Position numbers and translations under genes: made by a program
Notes under the pieces: generated by a model
Databases searched by the model: none
What the model was told of the DNA's origin: nothing
The model's input: the letters and a program-made list of their open reading frames with translations, nothing else
Shown: positions 10,176-19,296 of the stretch, one piece after another
Position numbering within the stretch: position 1 is the first letter of the stretch
Layout of the letters: every line of letters begins with the position of its first letter
Assembly (NCBI GenBank): GCA_036679645.1
Contig: JAZDCY010000037.1
Coordinates: 1 to 57,786 of the forward strand
Direction of reading: 5' to 3'
Length of the DNA: 57,786 nucleotides
Source: Gemmatimonadota bacterium
GTDB lineage: Bacteria > Gemmatimonadota > Gemmatimonadetes > Gemmatimonadales > GWC2-71-9

Positions 10176-10693
10176 TGCGACTGGGCTCCGTCCACGATGT
10201 CGTTTACCAACTTCGACAGGGCTTTTTCCCGCCCCTCCTTCTCCTTGGGCGGCTCGTACTCGCCGTCGACCACCAGGCTTTGCCGTTCCCACAGCGCCCT
10301 TCCCTCGATCTGATCGAAGATCTCGACCGACAGGGTGAGCTGCACCCGCCGTGCGGTGACCTGAACGGTCCCGATTCTCCCCGGTTGGATCGAGAGGGGG
10401 ATGTCCGGCTCGTATCGGATGATGGCGCCTCGCACTATGGCATCGGCGTTGGCTTCCGACGCCAGGCGCAGGCCCAGCCGACTCTCGAGCGCCTCCCGCA
10501 GGGCGTCGTTCACTTCCTGCGTGAGCACGGGCTCGGGCGTCTGGTTGTCGAATGGGAGAATTGCAACTGTCCTGATGTGAGACGGCAGACCGCCGCCGGC
10601 GAACCCATAGAGGCACCCCGCCACGGCGAGCGCGGCGACTAGCGCGCACGCTATGCTACGAGCGCGTCCAGGTATCCGGAGCGAACGCGGCAA
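10169..10693 (-). CDS. lptE: LptE-family lipoprotein
   Basis: Lipobox VAGC followed by YGFAGGGLPSHIRTVAILPFDNQT; ends in W. The TTG start at 10693 is inferred. Confidence 0.75.
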   Translation of the reverse strand: MPRSLRIPGRARSIACALVAALAVAGCLYGFAGGGLPSHIRTVAILPFDNQTPEPVLTQEVNDALREALESRLGLRLASEANADAIVRGAIIRYEPDIPLSIQPGRIGTVQVTARRVQLTLSVEIFDQIEGRALWERQSLVVDGEYEPPKEKEGREKALSKLVNDIVDGAQSQW

Positions 10694-11375
10694 CGGTGTC
10701 GATCCCCTCGAAGGTGAACGAGAATCGCGCGGCGTCACGAGGGAACGTCATGAGCGCGCCAATCGGCTGGCCGGTTTCCGGGTCGAGGTCGAGTTCACTG
10801 ACTCCCTGAATGCGGTGCGCCACCCTCCACTCCGCTAGCAGCCGGGTTGTGGGTGCGCGCACCAGGATGAAGTCCATTTCGTCCTTGCCTACGACGTAGC
10901 GCCACGCACGTCGCTCGGCGGCATCCACTCCGAAGATCGTGGCACCCGGCGGCGGTGCGCCGGGAATACCGAGCGCCGCCCAGAAAAGCGCCGCTGCTGG
11001 AATCAAGTTCCGAAAATCTTGTTCGGGTTGCGCCCAGAGGGCACGGTTGCCGATGATCACGGCGCTGCCGGACTTGCCGAACGGTCCGCGGTAATCGAAT
11101 CGGAGTGTGTCGGGCGGGGCGTACCGAACCACAGCTCGTCCCGCGGACGACCCCTGTTGGTTCATGAACCGCCACCGAAGGTTGAGTCTGAGCGGACGAT
11201 CCGGCGCGAGCTCGCCGACCCATTGAGCGACAACCGCCGGCTCTAGTGGTACCAAGTTGTCCGGTGCGATGCTGCGCAGCTTGCCCGTGCAACCGGCGAG
11301 CCCAAGCAACCCGATCGCGACCAGCGGATAATAGAGAGCCCGCCTGCCGCGGTCAAGCGGAAATCCTTGTCCCAT
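10656..11375 (-). CDS. Hypothetical lipoprotein (possibly LolA/LolB-like fold)
   Basis: Lipobox LAGC; beta-rich; in-operon position. Start uncertain. Confidence 0.65.
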   Translation of the reverse strand: MGQGFPLDRGRRALYYPLVAIGLLGLAGCTGKLRSIAPDNLVPLEPAVVAQWVGELAPDRPLRLNLRWRFMNQQGSSAGRAVVRYAPPDTLRFDYRGPFGKSGSAVIIGNRALWAQPEQDFRNLIPAAALFWAALGIPGAPPPGATIFGVDAAERRAWRYVVGKDEMDFILVRAPTTRLLAEWRVAHRIQGVSELDLDPETGQPIGALMTFPRDAARFSFTFEGIDTVAAFAPDTWTRS

Positions 11376-14209
11376 CAGTAGTTAAAGCCGAAAAAGAAAT
11401 CCACGAACCGCCGCGATTGGTTCGGATCAGCAATGGAGTACCCCCGCGTATCGCCGAACGCGAATCTGAACCCGAAGTCCAGCCGCAGGATGATGGGGAA
11501 AATAACCGGCATGCGCAGTGCGAACCCGCTGCTGCCCAGGACACCGCGCGCGGAGGCATCTTGGGGCCACGCACCCCCGAGGTCGGCGAAGAGTGCCCCC
11601 TGGACGCCCGGAAATCTAATGGTCCCGAATGGGAACCCGATCGCGAGGAAGTTCGAGAGCGGGAAGCGGATCTCCTGGTTGAACAAGAAGGCGCGTGTGC
11701 CACCGATATTGCCGATACGCGGGTAGCCGCGCAGTGCCCACGGCCCACCGATACTCACGCGTCGCGGCCGGTTCCCCGCCGAGTAGTAGCCGAACAGCCG
11801 GACCGCGTACGAGGACCGCTGCCCGATCCGGAAGTAGCTGCGTTGATCGAGCGCCGCGAGCCACGAGTCGAAGCGACCGTTCGAGAGATCGTTGGTGACT
11901 CCGAGGGTCAAGTTCCGCCGTTGCCCGTCGATCGGACCGGTCTGCAGCCACAGCGTATTGTCGGTGACGAAGCTGAGGAGGTTGGTCGCAAGCCACCCGA
12001 CCCGCCGGGGCTCGATCGGATCGCCGCCGACCAGATCGAACCGATCGGACCGTTCCATACGGAACTGGGCCTCCACGCGAGAGAAGCGCGAGAAGGGCCA
12101 CCGCACTTCGCCAAAGATCCCAAACGACGTTTCCTCGAATACCGTACGGAAGTCGCCTTCGAAGAACACGCCCTTTGTACGGAACGCTCCCAGACCCCAA
12201 TTGAGGCGCCTCTTCTGATTGAGGTAGAAAACCGATCCGTTGATGTTGTCGAAGAGACTGCCCCCAATTCCGCTTCCCGCAAACGACGTGAGCGCCAGGA
12301 AGACCAAATGGTCGCTCAAGAGGTCGGAGAAGAGAAAGAGCGCCCCTTGGGCCGATCCAAGGCCGGGTGACACGATCGCGTCGCCCGCCGCGAGATCGAG
12401 TGAGAAGCGGCGTTTGTACGGGGTGGGGTCGGCGCGCGCGTAGCGTGAATCCGCCAGTTCGGGCCAGGGCCATCCGTGCGGCGTGCGGTCTCCCGTGAGG
12501 GCGAACGTCGTGCGCGGCACGCTGTCCTGCATCGGGCGCGCCTTGAAGATGCCAAGCGTCAGGTCATGGAATCCGCCGAAGACGATCGATCCTTCGGCTT
12601 CGACCCACTGAGGATCGAACGCGCCGGACAACGTCGCCGTCTCCTGTTGCCCGTATCCCAGTGAGTCGACGGAGTACACGTCGAACACCCCGTCTCGGTC
12701 GGAGGAGAAGTAGACGAGCCCGGTGGATGCCCAGCGCGGAGTTTCGTCGCGCCAGGGACCGCGCGTCAGGTGACGGATTTCTCCGGACGACACGTCCAGA
12801 AGAAAGAGATTCTGCGCGCCATCGGCGCCGAACTCGGTGCGATCCGACCCGAACACGATTGTGCGGCCGTCAGGACTGAAGCTGGGATCGAGGTCTTCGT
12901 ACCGATCGGTCGTGAGTGCTTCCAGCCGGCCGCTCGGGAGCCAGAGTCGATACAGATCAGAGTATCCCGAGATGGACAGCCCGCTGAACACGACGCTCTC
13001 GCCGTCCGGTGCCCACGCCGGGGAGAGAACGGAAACCAATTCGGGAAACTGGTACCGACCGACGATGTGCCGCCGCTCGATCTCGTAGAAGAAGAGCGCG
13101 TCCCGTTCCTGATATTTGCTCGCGAAGATGGCGATGCCGTCGCGCACGTCCAAACGTGACGCGAAGGGATGGAACGATTCGAACTCCGCCGACCGCTCAC
13201 CTTTGACGACCGCCTCTGCCTCTCTCGCTCCCTGAAAATTGGCCCGGTAGATGTTCATGTATCCGGTTCGGGGCGAGAGGTACAGGAACCGCGTTGTGGA
13301 GTCGGCCGGGTCGGTGTAGGCAATGGGTTTGATCGCGGCGTCGGCGATCCGCCGTGCGGTCAGCGCGAGGGGCTTGCGATCGTTGACTGCCGGGAAGTAG
13401 CGCTGGCGGAAGTAATGCTCGAACCGATTCCCGAGATCCTCGAGCGACGCGCCGTAGACTGCCTCGACCGCTTGCTCGAACGAACCATATTTCCAGAGGT
13501 CACGATACAGTACTTGCACTCGCCACTCGCCGTACTCCGCGGCCAGCCACCGATGCAAGGCGCCGCCGAGCGGGTACTCGATCCCACCTCCGAGGAAGGC
13601 TAGTTGCCGTAGGGGCGGCAGGAGTCCTGCGATCGTGATCTCGCGCAGGATCATCTCGTCGCGCGAGTCCTCGCCTTGCGACCAGAACTCGGCCAGACCC
13701 TCGCTCCACCAGAGCGGAATGAACGGACGGCTGGCGCGCGAATGGCGCCGGAAGGTCTCGCTCATGATGCTCAGTTGGAATACGTGCACCATCTCGTGGC
13801 GCAGCGTGAACCGGAATTGGGCGTAGTTACCGCGGAACGGTACCGCGACACGCCGCTTGAGGAACTCCGTTACGCCGAGGATGCCCTCGGGAGGAACGAA
13901 CGGCAGGATATTGGTTTGTTCGAAGTCTATGTGCGACGCGTATATGATGAGCGGAACGCGCCGGGTCGGGGAATGCCCGAACTTGTGTTCCAGGACCGTG
14001 AAGCTCTCTTCCGCGTAGGCCAACGCGAGGCGCGCGAGTTCGTCCTCTTCGGGGTAGTGGTAGAGATCTACGTGCTCGCCGCGGAGGACGCGCCATGCAA
14101 ACGAGCGATACTGAATCTTGTTCCTGCCGAAGTAGTTGTTCTGCGCGGTAAGGGCCACGGGCAGGCCGAGTAGCAGGACAATGACGGCAAGCACCGCGCG
14201 AGGTGTCAT
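11375..14209 (-). CDS. Outer-membrane protein: peptidase MA-like domain, TolB-like beta-propeller and BamA/TamA-type barrel
   Basis: Signal peptide; HEMVH...WWSEGLAE zincin motif; PAWAPDG/PSFSPDG repeats; LRGY and terminal FFFGFNY barrel signature. Confidence 0.88.
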   Translation of the reverse strand: MTPRAVLAVIVLLLGLPVALTAQNNYFGRNKIQYRSFAWRVLRGEHVDLYHYPEEDELARLALAYAEESFTVLEHKFGHSPTRRVPLIIYASHIDFEQTNILPFVPPEGILGVTEFLKRRVAVPFRGNYAQFRFTLRHEMVHVFQLSIMSETFRRHSRASRPFIPLWWSEGLAEFWSQGEDSRDEMILREITIAGLLPPLRQLAFLGGGIEYPLGGALHRWLAAEYGEWRVQVLYRDLWKYGSFEQAVEAVYGASLEDLGNRFEHYFRQRYFPAVNDRKPLALTARRIADAAIKPIAYTDPADSTTRFLYLSPRTGYMNIYRANFQGAREAEAVVKGERSAEFESFHPFASRLDVRDGIAIFASKYQERDALFFYEIERRHIVGRYQFPELVSVLSPAWAPDGESVVFSGLSISGYSDLYRLWLPSGRLEALTTDRYEDLDPSFSPDGRTIVFGSDRTEFGADGAQNLFLLDVSSGEIRHLTRGPWRDETPRWASTGLVYFSSDRDGVFDVYSVDSLGYGQQETATLSGAFDPQWVEAEGSIVFGGFHDLTLGIFKARPMQDSVPRTTFALTGDRTPHGWPWPELADSRYARADPTPYKRRFSLDLAAGDAIVSPGLGSAQGALFLFSDLLSDHLVFLALTSFAGSGIGGSLFDNINGSVFYLNQKRRLNWGLGAFRTKGVFFEGDFRTVFEETSFGIFGEVRWPFSRFSRVEAQFRMERSDRFDLVGGDPIEPRRVGWLATNLLSFVTDNTLWLQTGPIDGQRRNLTLGVTNDLSNGRFDSWLAALDQRSYFRIGQRSSYAVRLFGYYSAGNRPRRVSIGGPWALRGYPRIGNIGGTRAFLFNQEIRFPLSNFLAIGFPFGTIRFPGVQGALFADLGGAWPQDASARGVLGSSGFALRMPVIFPIILRLDFGFRFAFGDTRGYSIADPNQSRRFVDFFFGFNY

Positions 14210-16242
14210 GGCCGTCGGACCCGCCGGATCCGATCTCCTCGTGTGATGAGGTGCACGATGTCCATGCTAGACTCTACCCGCCCGATTACCGTGTAGGTCC
14301 CATTCAGGTCTGGTTGTGGACTGAGCGTGATGAAGAACTGGCTGCCTCCCGTGTCCGGTCCGGAGAGCGCCATTCCAACCGTGCCTTCGCGGTACCGATG
14401 GACGTTGATCTCGTCTCGCAGGGCAAAGCCAGGCCCGCCCCACCCGTCGCCCCTTGGGTCGCCGGCCTGGATCACGAAGTTGGGAATGACGCGGTGCCAG
14501 GTACTCCCGTCGAAATACCGTTGGTCGACGAGGCGAAACAGTGCTGCCACAGTCAGCGGCGCGTCCTCGGTGAAGAGTGCGATCTCAACACGCCCGCGGT
14601 CGGTCTCGATTACGAGGTGTCGTTCGCCGTCGCCTCCCGGTGCTACGAAGCGGCGTGCAATATCGCGGTAGTCCTCGAGGCTCAGTCCCGTCGCGATGGG
14701 TGTCACCGGTCCCCACCGTCGCGCCGCCTCTGGATAGAGTTCCTCCGCCATGCGCCGAATGATGTAGTCGTCGTTCGTCAGGTGTTGCGAGAGAAACCGC
14801 TCCTCGACCGCGAACCGCTCCGACATGCCGCGTTCGGCAATGTGCCCAAGGGCGGTAAGCACGGCGATGCGTGCGTCGGGAATCGAGTCGCGATCGGCCA
14901 GATCCCAGGCCCTAACGAGCCGGTCGATGTCGGCCGTATCCGGGACACTGGCCAGCCGGTCGGCGGCGACAGCCCGGATCACGGCATCCGGATGTTCGAT
15001 CAACCGGCGCGCGCGCTGCGTTGCGGCTTCCGGCGCGAGCGCGATCAAGCTTTGCAGCGCCACGGTGGCAACCCGCGGATCCTGATCGCGCGTCATGTGA
15101 ACGAGCCAGGGGATCACGGTGTCCCGCGCGATGTATCCGAGGGCCTCGGCGCCCGCGGCCCGGGAACGCCAGTCCTCATCAGTGAGCCAGCCGCCGATTG
15201 CTCCCAGGGCGTCCAGCCCTGCGAGTCGGGCGAGGGCAATCAACGCGGCGCGTTGTACTGCCCACGGACGCCGTCGCACTTCTTCCCTGAGCCGCTCCAC
15301 CGCGGCGCTGCCACCCAACTCGGCCAGCGTGGTGACTGCACGCAGGCGCACGTTGGCGTCTTGGTCGGACAGCCGGTCGATGACCGTTGGGGCCAAGAGC
15401 GAATCGTGATACGACGCGAGCGATCGGAGCGCGTTGATCCGAACGTGTGGATCCTCGTCCGAGACCAGCCGACGCACGCGGTTTGCCAGGGCGGTTCGGT
15501 CCAGCCCCGCTGAGTCGGCGTATGCCGCTGTGAGTGCCCGGACAGCATGGTACCGAATCTCCTCCTCGCCCGAACCGGTCGCCGCCAGCAACACGTCGGC
15601 GGCGGCGGGGCTGCGCAGGCGCGCCAGCGAGTAGACGGCCCCGATTTTCGCGCGCCGGAGAGGCGAGACGGTGAACTCGATGAGAAGATCGACCGGCGCC
15701 AGGGGCCCGAGTCGCCAACTCTCCTCGAGCGCCACCGCAACCGTCAGCGGGGGTGCCGCCGACCCGCCGCGAATAGCCCAGGGACCGAGCAACTCGCGAA
15801 AAAAGAATGCCGCCTGCCCGCCTCCGATCTTGGCGATGGCGATCACGGACTCCTCGTGGATACCATACTGCTCGTCCTGCGGCGTGTTCAGCGCGATCTC
15901 GCGCAGTCGCGAGAATGCCACGCTGTCACGCAGCAGTCCGAGTGCAAACGCCGCGTAACGTTGCACGGACGTGTCCCGGTCGGTCAGTTGCTCGATCAGT
16001 AGCGGTGTGGCTGCGTAGTCACCGATCCGTCCCATTGCCAGTGCCGCCGCGCGTCGCACGACTGGCTCGGGATCTCTCGATGCCGCCTCGAGCAGCGGGC
16101 CGTTGTACTGCCGTGTGTCCTCGCTCTGGAGCACGCCGGCGAGTACGTCGACCAGCGCCGCATCTTGCGCGGCGAGGGGCGCTACCGTGAGCGCGACTGC
16201 GCTACAGGCGGACAGGATCCGGACTTGGGACCAGAATGGCAC
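14206..16242 (-). CDS. Secreted HEAT-repeat protein with C-terminal cyclophilin-type PPIase
   Basis: Repeated D..P.VR..AA.ALG units; HRVIPNFVIQAGDP, GMALSGPDTGGSQFFI. Start uncertain. Confidence 0.9.
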   Translation of the reverse strand: MPFWSQVRILSACSAVALTVAPLAAQDAALVDVLAGVLQSEDTRQYNGPLLEAASRDPEPVVRRAAALAMGRIGDYAATPLLIEQLTDRDTSVQRYAAFALGLLRDSVAFSRLREIALNTPQDEQYGIHEESVIAIAKIGGGQAAFFFRELLGPWAIRGGSAAPPLTVAVALEESWRLGPLAPVDLLIEFTVSPLRRAKIGAVYSLARLRSPAAADVLLAATGSGEEEIRYHAVRALTAAYADSAGLDRTALANRVRRLVSDEDPHVRINALRSLASYHDSLLAPTVIDRLSDQDANVRLRAVTTLAELGGSAAVERLREEVRRRPWAVQRAALIALARLAGLDALGAIGGWLTDEDWRSRAAGAEALGYIARDTVIPWLVHMTRDQDPRVATVALQSLIALAPEAATQRARRLIEHPDAVIRAVAADRLASVPDTADIDRLVRAWDLADRDSIPDARIAVLTALGHIAERGMSERFAVEERFLSQHLTNDDYIIRRMAEELYPEAARRWGPVTPIATGLSLEDYRDIARRFVAPGGDGERHLVIETDRGRVEIALFTEDAPLTVAALFRLVDQRYFDGSTWHRVIPNFVIQAGDPRGDGWGGPGFALRDEINVHRYREGTVGMALSGPDTGGSQFFITLSPQPDLNGTYTVIGRVESSMDIVHLITRGDRIRRVRRP

Positions 16243-16618
16243 GAACACGATCCGGGAGACGGGTGAGTCGATGTGAGCGGTCGAGGGCCGCCAGTGCGGT
16301 ACGGGCGGTCGCGATCGAGCGGCCGGTGTCGGCCGCCTGAATGGCATACCCGAACTCGACCTTCCTGGTTGCACACTCACGAACCCAGCACCGCACCGTC
16401 AGTCGATCGTCGTACCGGGCCGCGCCTCTGTACCGCACGGCGGTCTCGATCACCGCCAGCAGCAGGCCTCCCTCTTCGAGCGCACGGTAACTCATGCCCC
16501 GCTCGCGGAGGTACTCGGTGCGCGCGACGTCGCACCACGCGAGATAGTTCGCATGGTATGCGACCCCCATCTGATCGGTCTCTCCGTATCGGACCCTGAT
16601 ATCGACGTGTGTTTCCAT
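16202..16618 (-). CDS. Acyl-CoA thioesterase (YbgC/FadM family)
   Basis: VRYGETDQMGVAYHANY hotdog motif. Confidence 0.92.
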   Translation of the reverse strand: METHVDIRVRYGETDQMGVAYHANYLAWCDVARTEYLRERGMSYRALEEGGLLLAVIETAVRYRGAARYDDRLTVRCWVRECATRKVEFGYAIQAADTGRSIATARTALAALDRSHRLTRLPDRVRAILVPSPDPVRL

Positions 16619-16667
16619 GGGTACAGTGCGAATAGCGTAGGTCGTGGAATGACAATATACTGCGCCT

Positions 16668-17402
16668 GTGCCCAACGAAACCGCCGTGATCGTCTCGGAC
16701 GTCCACCTGGGTCATGCCTCCGAACACTTCGCTCGGTCATTTCACCGGTTCCTGGAGCGCGTTCCGGATCTGGGAACCCACTTGGTCATCAACGGCGATC
16801 TGTTCGATTTCTGGTTCGAGTACCGTCATGTGATCCCTCGGCGTGCCTTTCCGACCTTGAGCCGCCTAGCCCGGATCCGCGCGGCCGGCGTAGCCGTCAC
16901 GATGACCGGCGGGAACCATGACCGATGGGGTGGCGCCTTCTGGCGTGACGAGCTCGACGCCTCATTCCACCCGGATGGAGTGACCCTCAGGCTCGCCGGG
17001 TGGAATGCCCACGTGACACATGGCGACGGGTTGACCGAACAGCGCCTGGTCGCCCGGCTGATGCACCGGGTGACTCGATGGCGCATGACCGCGTGGGTCT
17101 TCTCCTGGATCCACCCAGATCTGGGGCTCCCGCTGGCCGATGTGATGTCCGGTGCGCTCGCCGACCGGACGCGCGAACCCGAGGTCCTGCGACGCGTGGC
17201 CGACGGACAGGAGGCCTATGCCCGGCGGTACCTCGGGGCCCATCGCGAGATCGATCTCGTCGTGATGGGACACACACATTGTCCGGCGCTCGTCTCTGTG
17301 AGCGACGGGCGGTGGTACGTCAATCCCGGTGCCTGGATTGGGGGAGAGTGCTACGCGACGGTCGGGCCGGAGGGCCCGCGGTTGTGCGGGGGAGACGTCT
17401 GA
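16668..17402 (+). CDS. lpxH: UDP-2,3-diacylglucosamine diphosphatase (LpxH-like metallophosphoesterase)
   Basis: SDVHLG, GDLFDFW, GNHD, HGD, GHTH, NPGAW. Confidence 0.85.
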   Translation: MPNETAVIVSDVHLGHASEHFARSFHRFLERVPDLGTHLVINGDLFDFWFEYRHVIPRRAFPTLSRLARIRAAGVAVTMTGGNHDRWGGAFWRDELDASFHPDGVTLRLAGWNAHVTHGDGLTEQRLVARLMHRVTRWRMTAWVFSWIHPDLGLPLADVMSGALADRTREPEVLRRVADGQEAYARRYLGAHREIDLVVMGHTHCPALVSVSDGRWYVNPGAWIGGECYATVGPEGPRLCGGDV

Positions 17403-17405
17403 GCG

Positions 17406-17906
17406 CTACGGGACGGGGATGCGGAATCCCATGCCCGTGCGACCTGCCGGAAGGGCGCGGGCCTCGAGCTCTACCGGGAAATCCCACAGCATGGCCGACA
17501 CATACGCCTCGGCACCGGCAACGAGGTGGTTGAACACCAGGAGGACGACCCAGTCCTGGATCTCCTGTCTCTTGGCTTCCACGCGCTCGGGCGCGCCGAT
17601 GTCTTCGAGGTATCCAAGCTGGTGCTTGGCCTTGAGCACCATCGTGAGGGTGATTCCCTCCCAGAACACAAAATAGGCCCCGGTCACGCGTCGGCGCAGC
17701 ATTGACTGTCCCCAGCCCGGCACCAGCATCGACCGGCCAAGGGCACCGAGCGGCGAGATGGGGGGCTCCACGCGAAACGGTGGCACCTTGACGGTATCTG
17801 CCCCGGTCGAATCCCGTTGGCGCTGTACGGGGATTGGTAGCGGGATCTGCGCCGTCACATCCCCGGCGCACACGGTGAGGACCGCGATCGCTATTAGGTG
17901 GCGCAT
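17406..17906 (-). CDS. Hypothetical membrane protein (DUF5683-like)
   Basis: Signal peptide; SPLGALGRSMLVPGWGQ and AEAYVSAMLWDF. Confidence 0.75.
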   Translation of the reverse strand: MRHLIAIAVLTVCAGDVTAQIPLPIPVQRQRDSTGADTVKVPPFRVEPPISPLGALGRSMLVPGWGQSMLRRRVTGAYFVFWEGITLTMVLKAKHQLGYLEDIGAPERVEAKRQEIQDWVVLLVFNHLVAGAEAYVSAMLWDFPVELEARALPAGRTGMGFRIPVP

Positions 17907-18787
17907 AGCACCGGGAGGCGGCGAGGGACAACGGTCGCCTCGACGACGCCCGAGTACTCGCGCAACTCGCCGTCGAGATGGGCCAGCAGCGGCACTCCCT
18001 CGGCTCCCACACGCACGTGCGTCGCGCGCACGATCGCGACCTCGGGCAGAGCGGTATGGCGACCACTGATCACCTTGGGAACGTAGCGCAGGAACCGGGC
18101 AAGTCCTACCTCTCGAATGACGCACACATCGAACTGCCCGTCTTCCGGATCGGCGTCTGGCGTCAAGCGAAACCCGCCACCAGCGGTCGTGCCAATCGAC
18201 ACCTCGGCCAGCATGATGGCGGCCGTCTCGCGCAACGACTCCGCTTCCACCGGGATCGTCATGGGACGGTATCGAAAAAAGGTTGGGAACACGGCACCGA
18301 GGTAGAGGGCAAAGCCACGCAGTCTGGGAAGTCGCTGCATTTGCCGGATGACCGCCGGACCGAACCCCACCCCGAAACCGTTGGTGAAGTACTCGCCCTC
18401 GACCAGACCAACGTCAAATCGCCGCGGTTCGGCGGAATCGAGAGCCGCAACGGCCTCGCGCACATTCTTTATGGGTGCGCCGGTGAGCTTGGCAAAATCG
18501 TTTCCCGTACCTATTGCGATGATGCCGAGCGTCGCGGCGGCGGGCTCGGCATCGAGTAATCCGTTTGCAACGCCGTGTATCGTGCCATCACCACCGGCTG
18601 CGACGACCGTTGGCCAACCCGCGCGGGCTCCTTCAGCAGCCAGGCTTCGCTCGTCCCCAGCCACGGCGGTGGGACGGATCTCGGCTTCCCAACCCGCCGC
18701 GCGCAGCGCCTCGGCCAGCGGTTGTCCCAGGCGCCGGCCGAGACCACGGCCGGCTGCTGGATTGAGCACCACAAACGCGCGCTTCAT
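17894..18787 (-). CDS. Diacylglycerol/lipid kinase family (YegS/BmrU)
   Basis: VLNPAAGRG, AGGDGT, GTGNDFA, GGGF, DGE motifs. The true start is the ATG at 18787, downstream of the tRNA. Confidence 0.93.
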   Translation of the reverse strand: MKRAFVVLNPAAGRGLGRRLGQPLAEALRAAGWEAEIRPTAVAGDERSLAAEGARAGWPTVVAAGGDGTIHGVANGLLDAEPAAATLGIIAIGTGNDFAKLTGAPIKNVREAVAALDSAEPRRFDVGLVEGEYFTNGFGVGFGPAVIRQMQRLPRLRGFALYLGAVFPTFFRYRPMTIPVEAESLRETAAIMLAEVSIGTTAGGGFRLTPDADPEDGQFDVCVIREVGLARFLRYVPKVISGRHTALPEVAIVRATHVRVGAEGVPLLAHLDGELREYSGVVEATVVPRRLPVLCAT

Positions 18788-18793
18788 GATGAG

Positions 18794-18890
18794 TGGCGGG
18801 AGCGTGTGGGAATCGAACCCACCGGAGCCGCCGCAGGCGCCTCCCAACGGTTTTGAAGACCGCACGGACCACCAGACCCGATCCGCCCCC
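18794..18890 (-). tRNA. selC: tRNA-Sec(TCA)
   Basis: Anticodon arm GCGGT-CTTCAAA-ACCGT; 6-bp D stem CGGGTC/GGTCCG with a 4-nt loop; long variable arm; extended acceptor stem; G discriminator plus encoded CCA. Confidence 0.95.
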
Positions 18891-18897
18891 CAGACAA

Positions 18898-19275
18898 CTA
18901 GCCGCGCACTGCGATCAGATCGATCTCGACCTTCGCGTGCTTGGGTAACGTGCGCACCGCGACGGTAGACCGCGCTGGACGATTGTCGCCGAACGCCCGT
19001 GCGTATACCTCGTTCATGGCGGGAAAATCACCCATGTCGGCGAGGTATACACCGGCCCGAACGACCCGGTCGAACCCGCTACCGGCGGCCTGTAGTACCG
19101 CCCCGAGATTGGCAAAGACCTGCTCGGTTTGCGCGGCAACATCTCCATCGACGAGTTCCATCGTCTTCGGGTCGAGCGCAATCTGGCCCGCCGTATAGAT
19201 CATGTTGCCCGCGATGACCGCTTGGCTGTACGGTCCAATCGCTGCAGGGGCGGCGTTGGTCGCTACGATATCCAT
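18898..19275 (-). CDS. ridA: RidA/YjgF family enamine deaminase
   Basis: APAAIGPYSQA, GQIALDP, PARSTV, VEIDLIA. Confidence 0.95.
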   Translation of the reverse strand: MDIVATNAAPAAIGPYSQAVIAGNMIYTAGQIALDPKTMELVDGDVAAQTEQVFANLGAVLQAAGSGFDRVVRAGVYLADMGDFPAMNEVYARAFGDNRPARSTVAVRTLPKHAKVEIDLIAVRG

Positions 19276-19296
19276 GCGTCGTCTCCCAACCCGTGA

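Noticed and set aside
18788..18865. N-terminal extension of the lipid kinase given in the ORF track
   Set aside because: It overlaps tRNA-Sec; the family N-terminus starts at ATG 18787.
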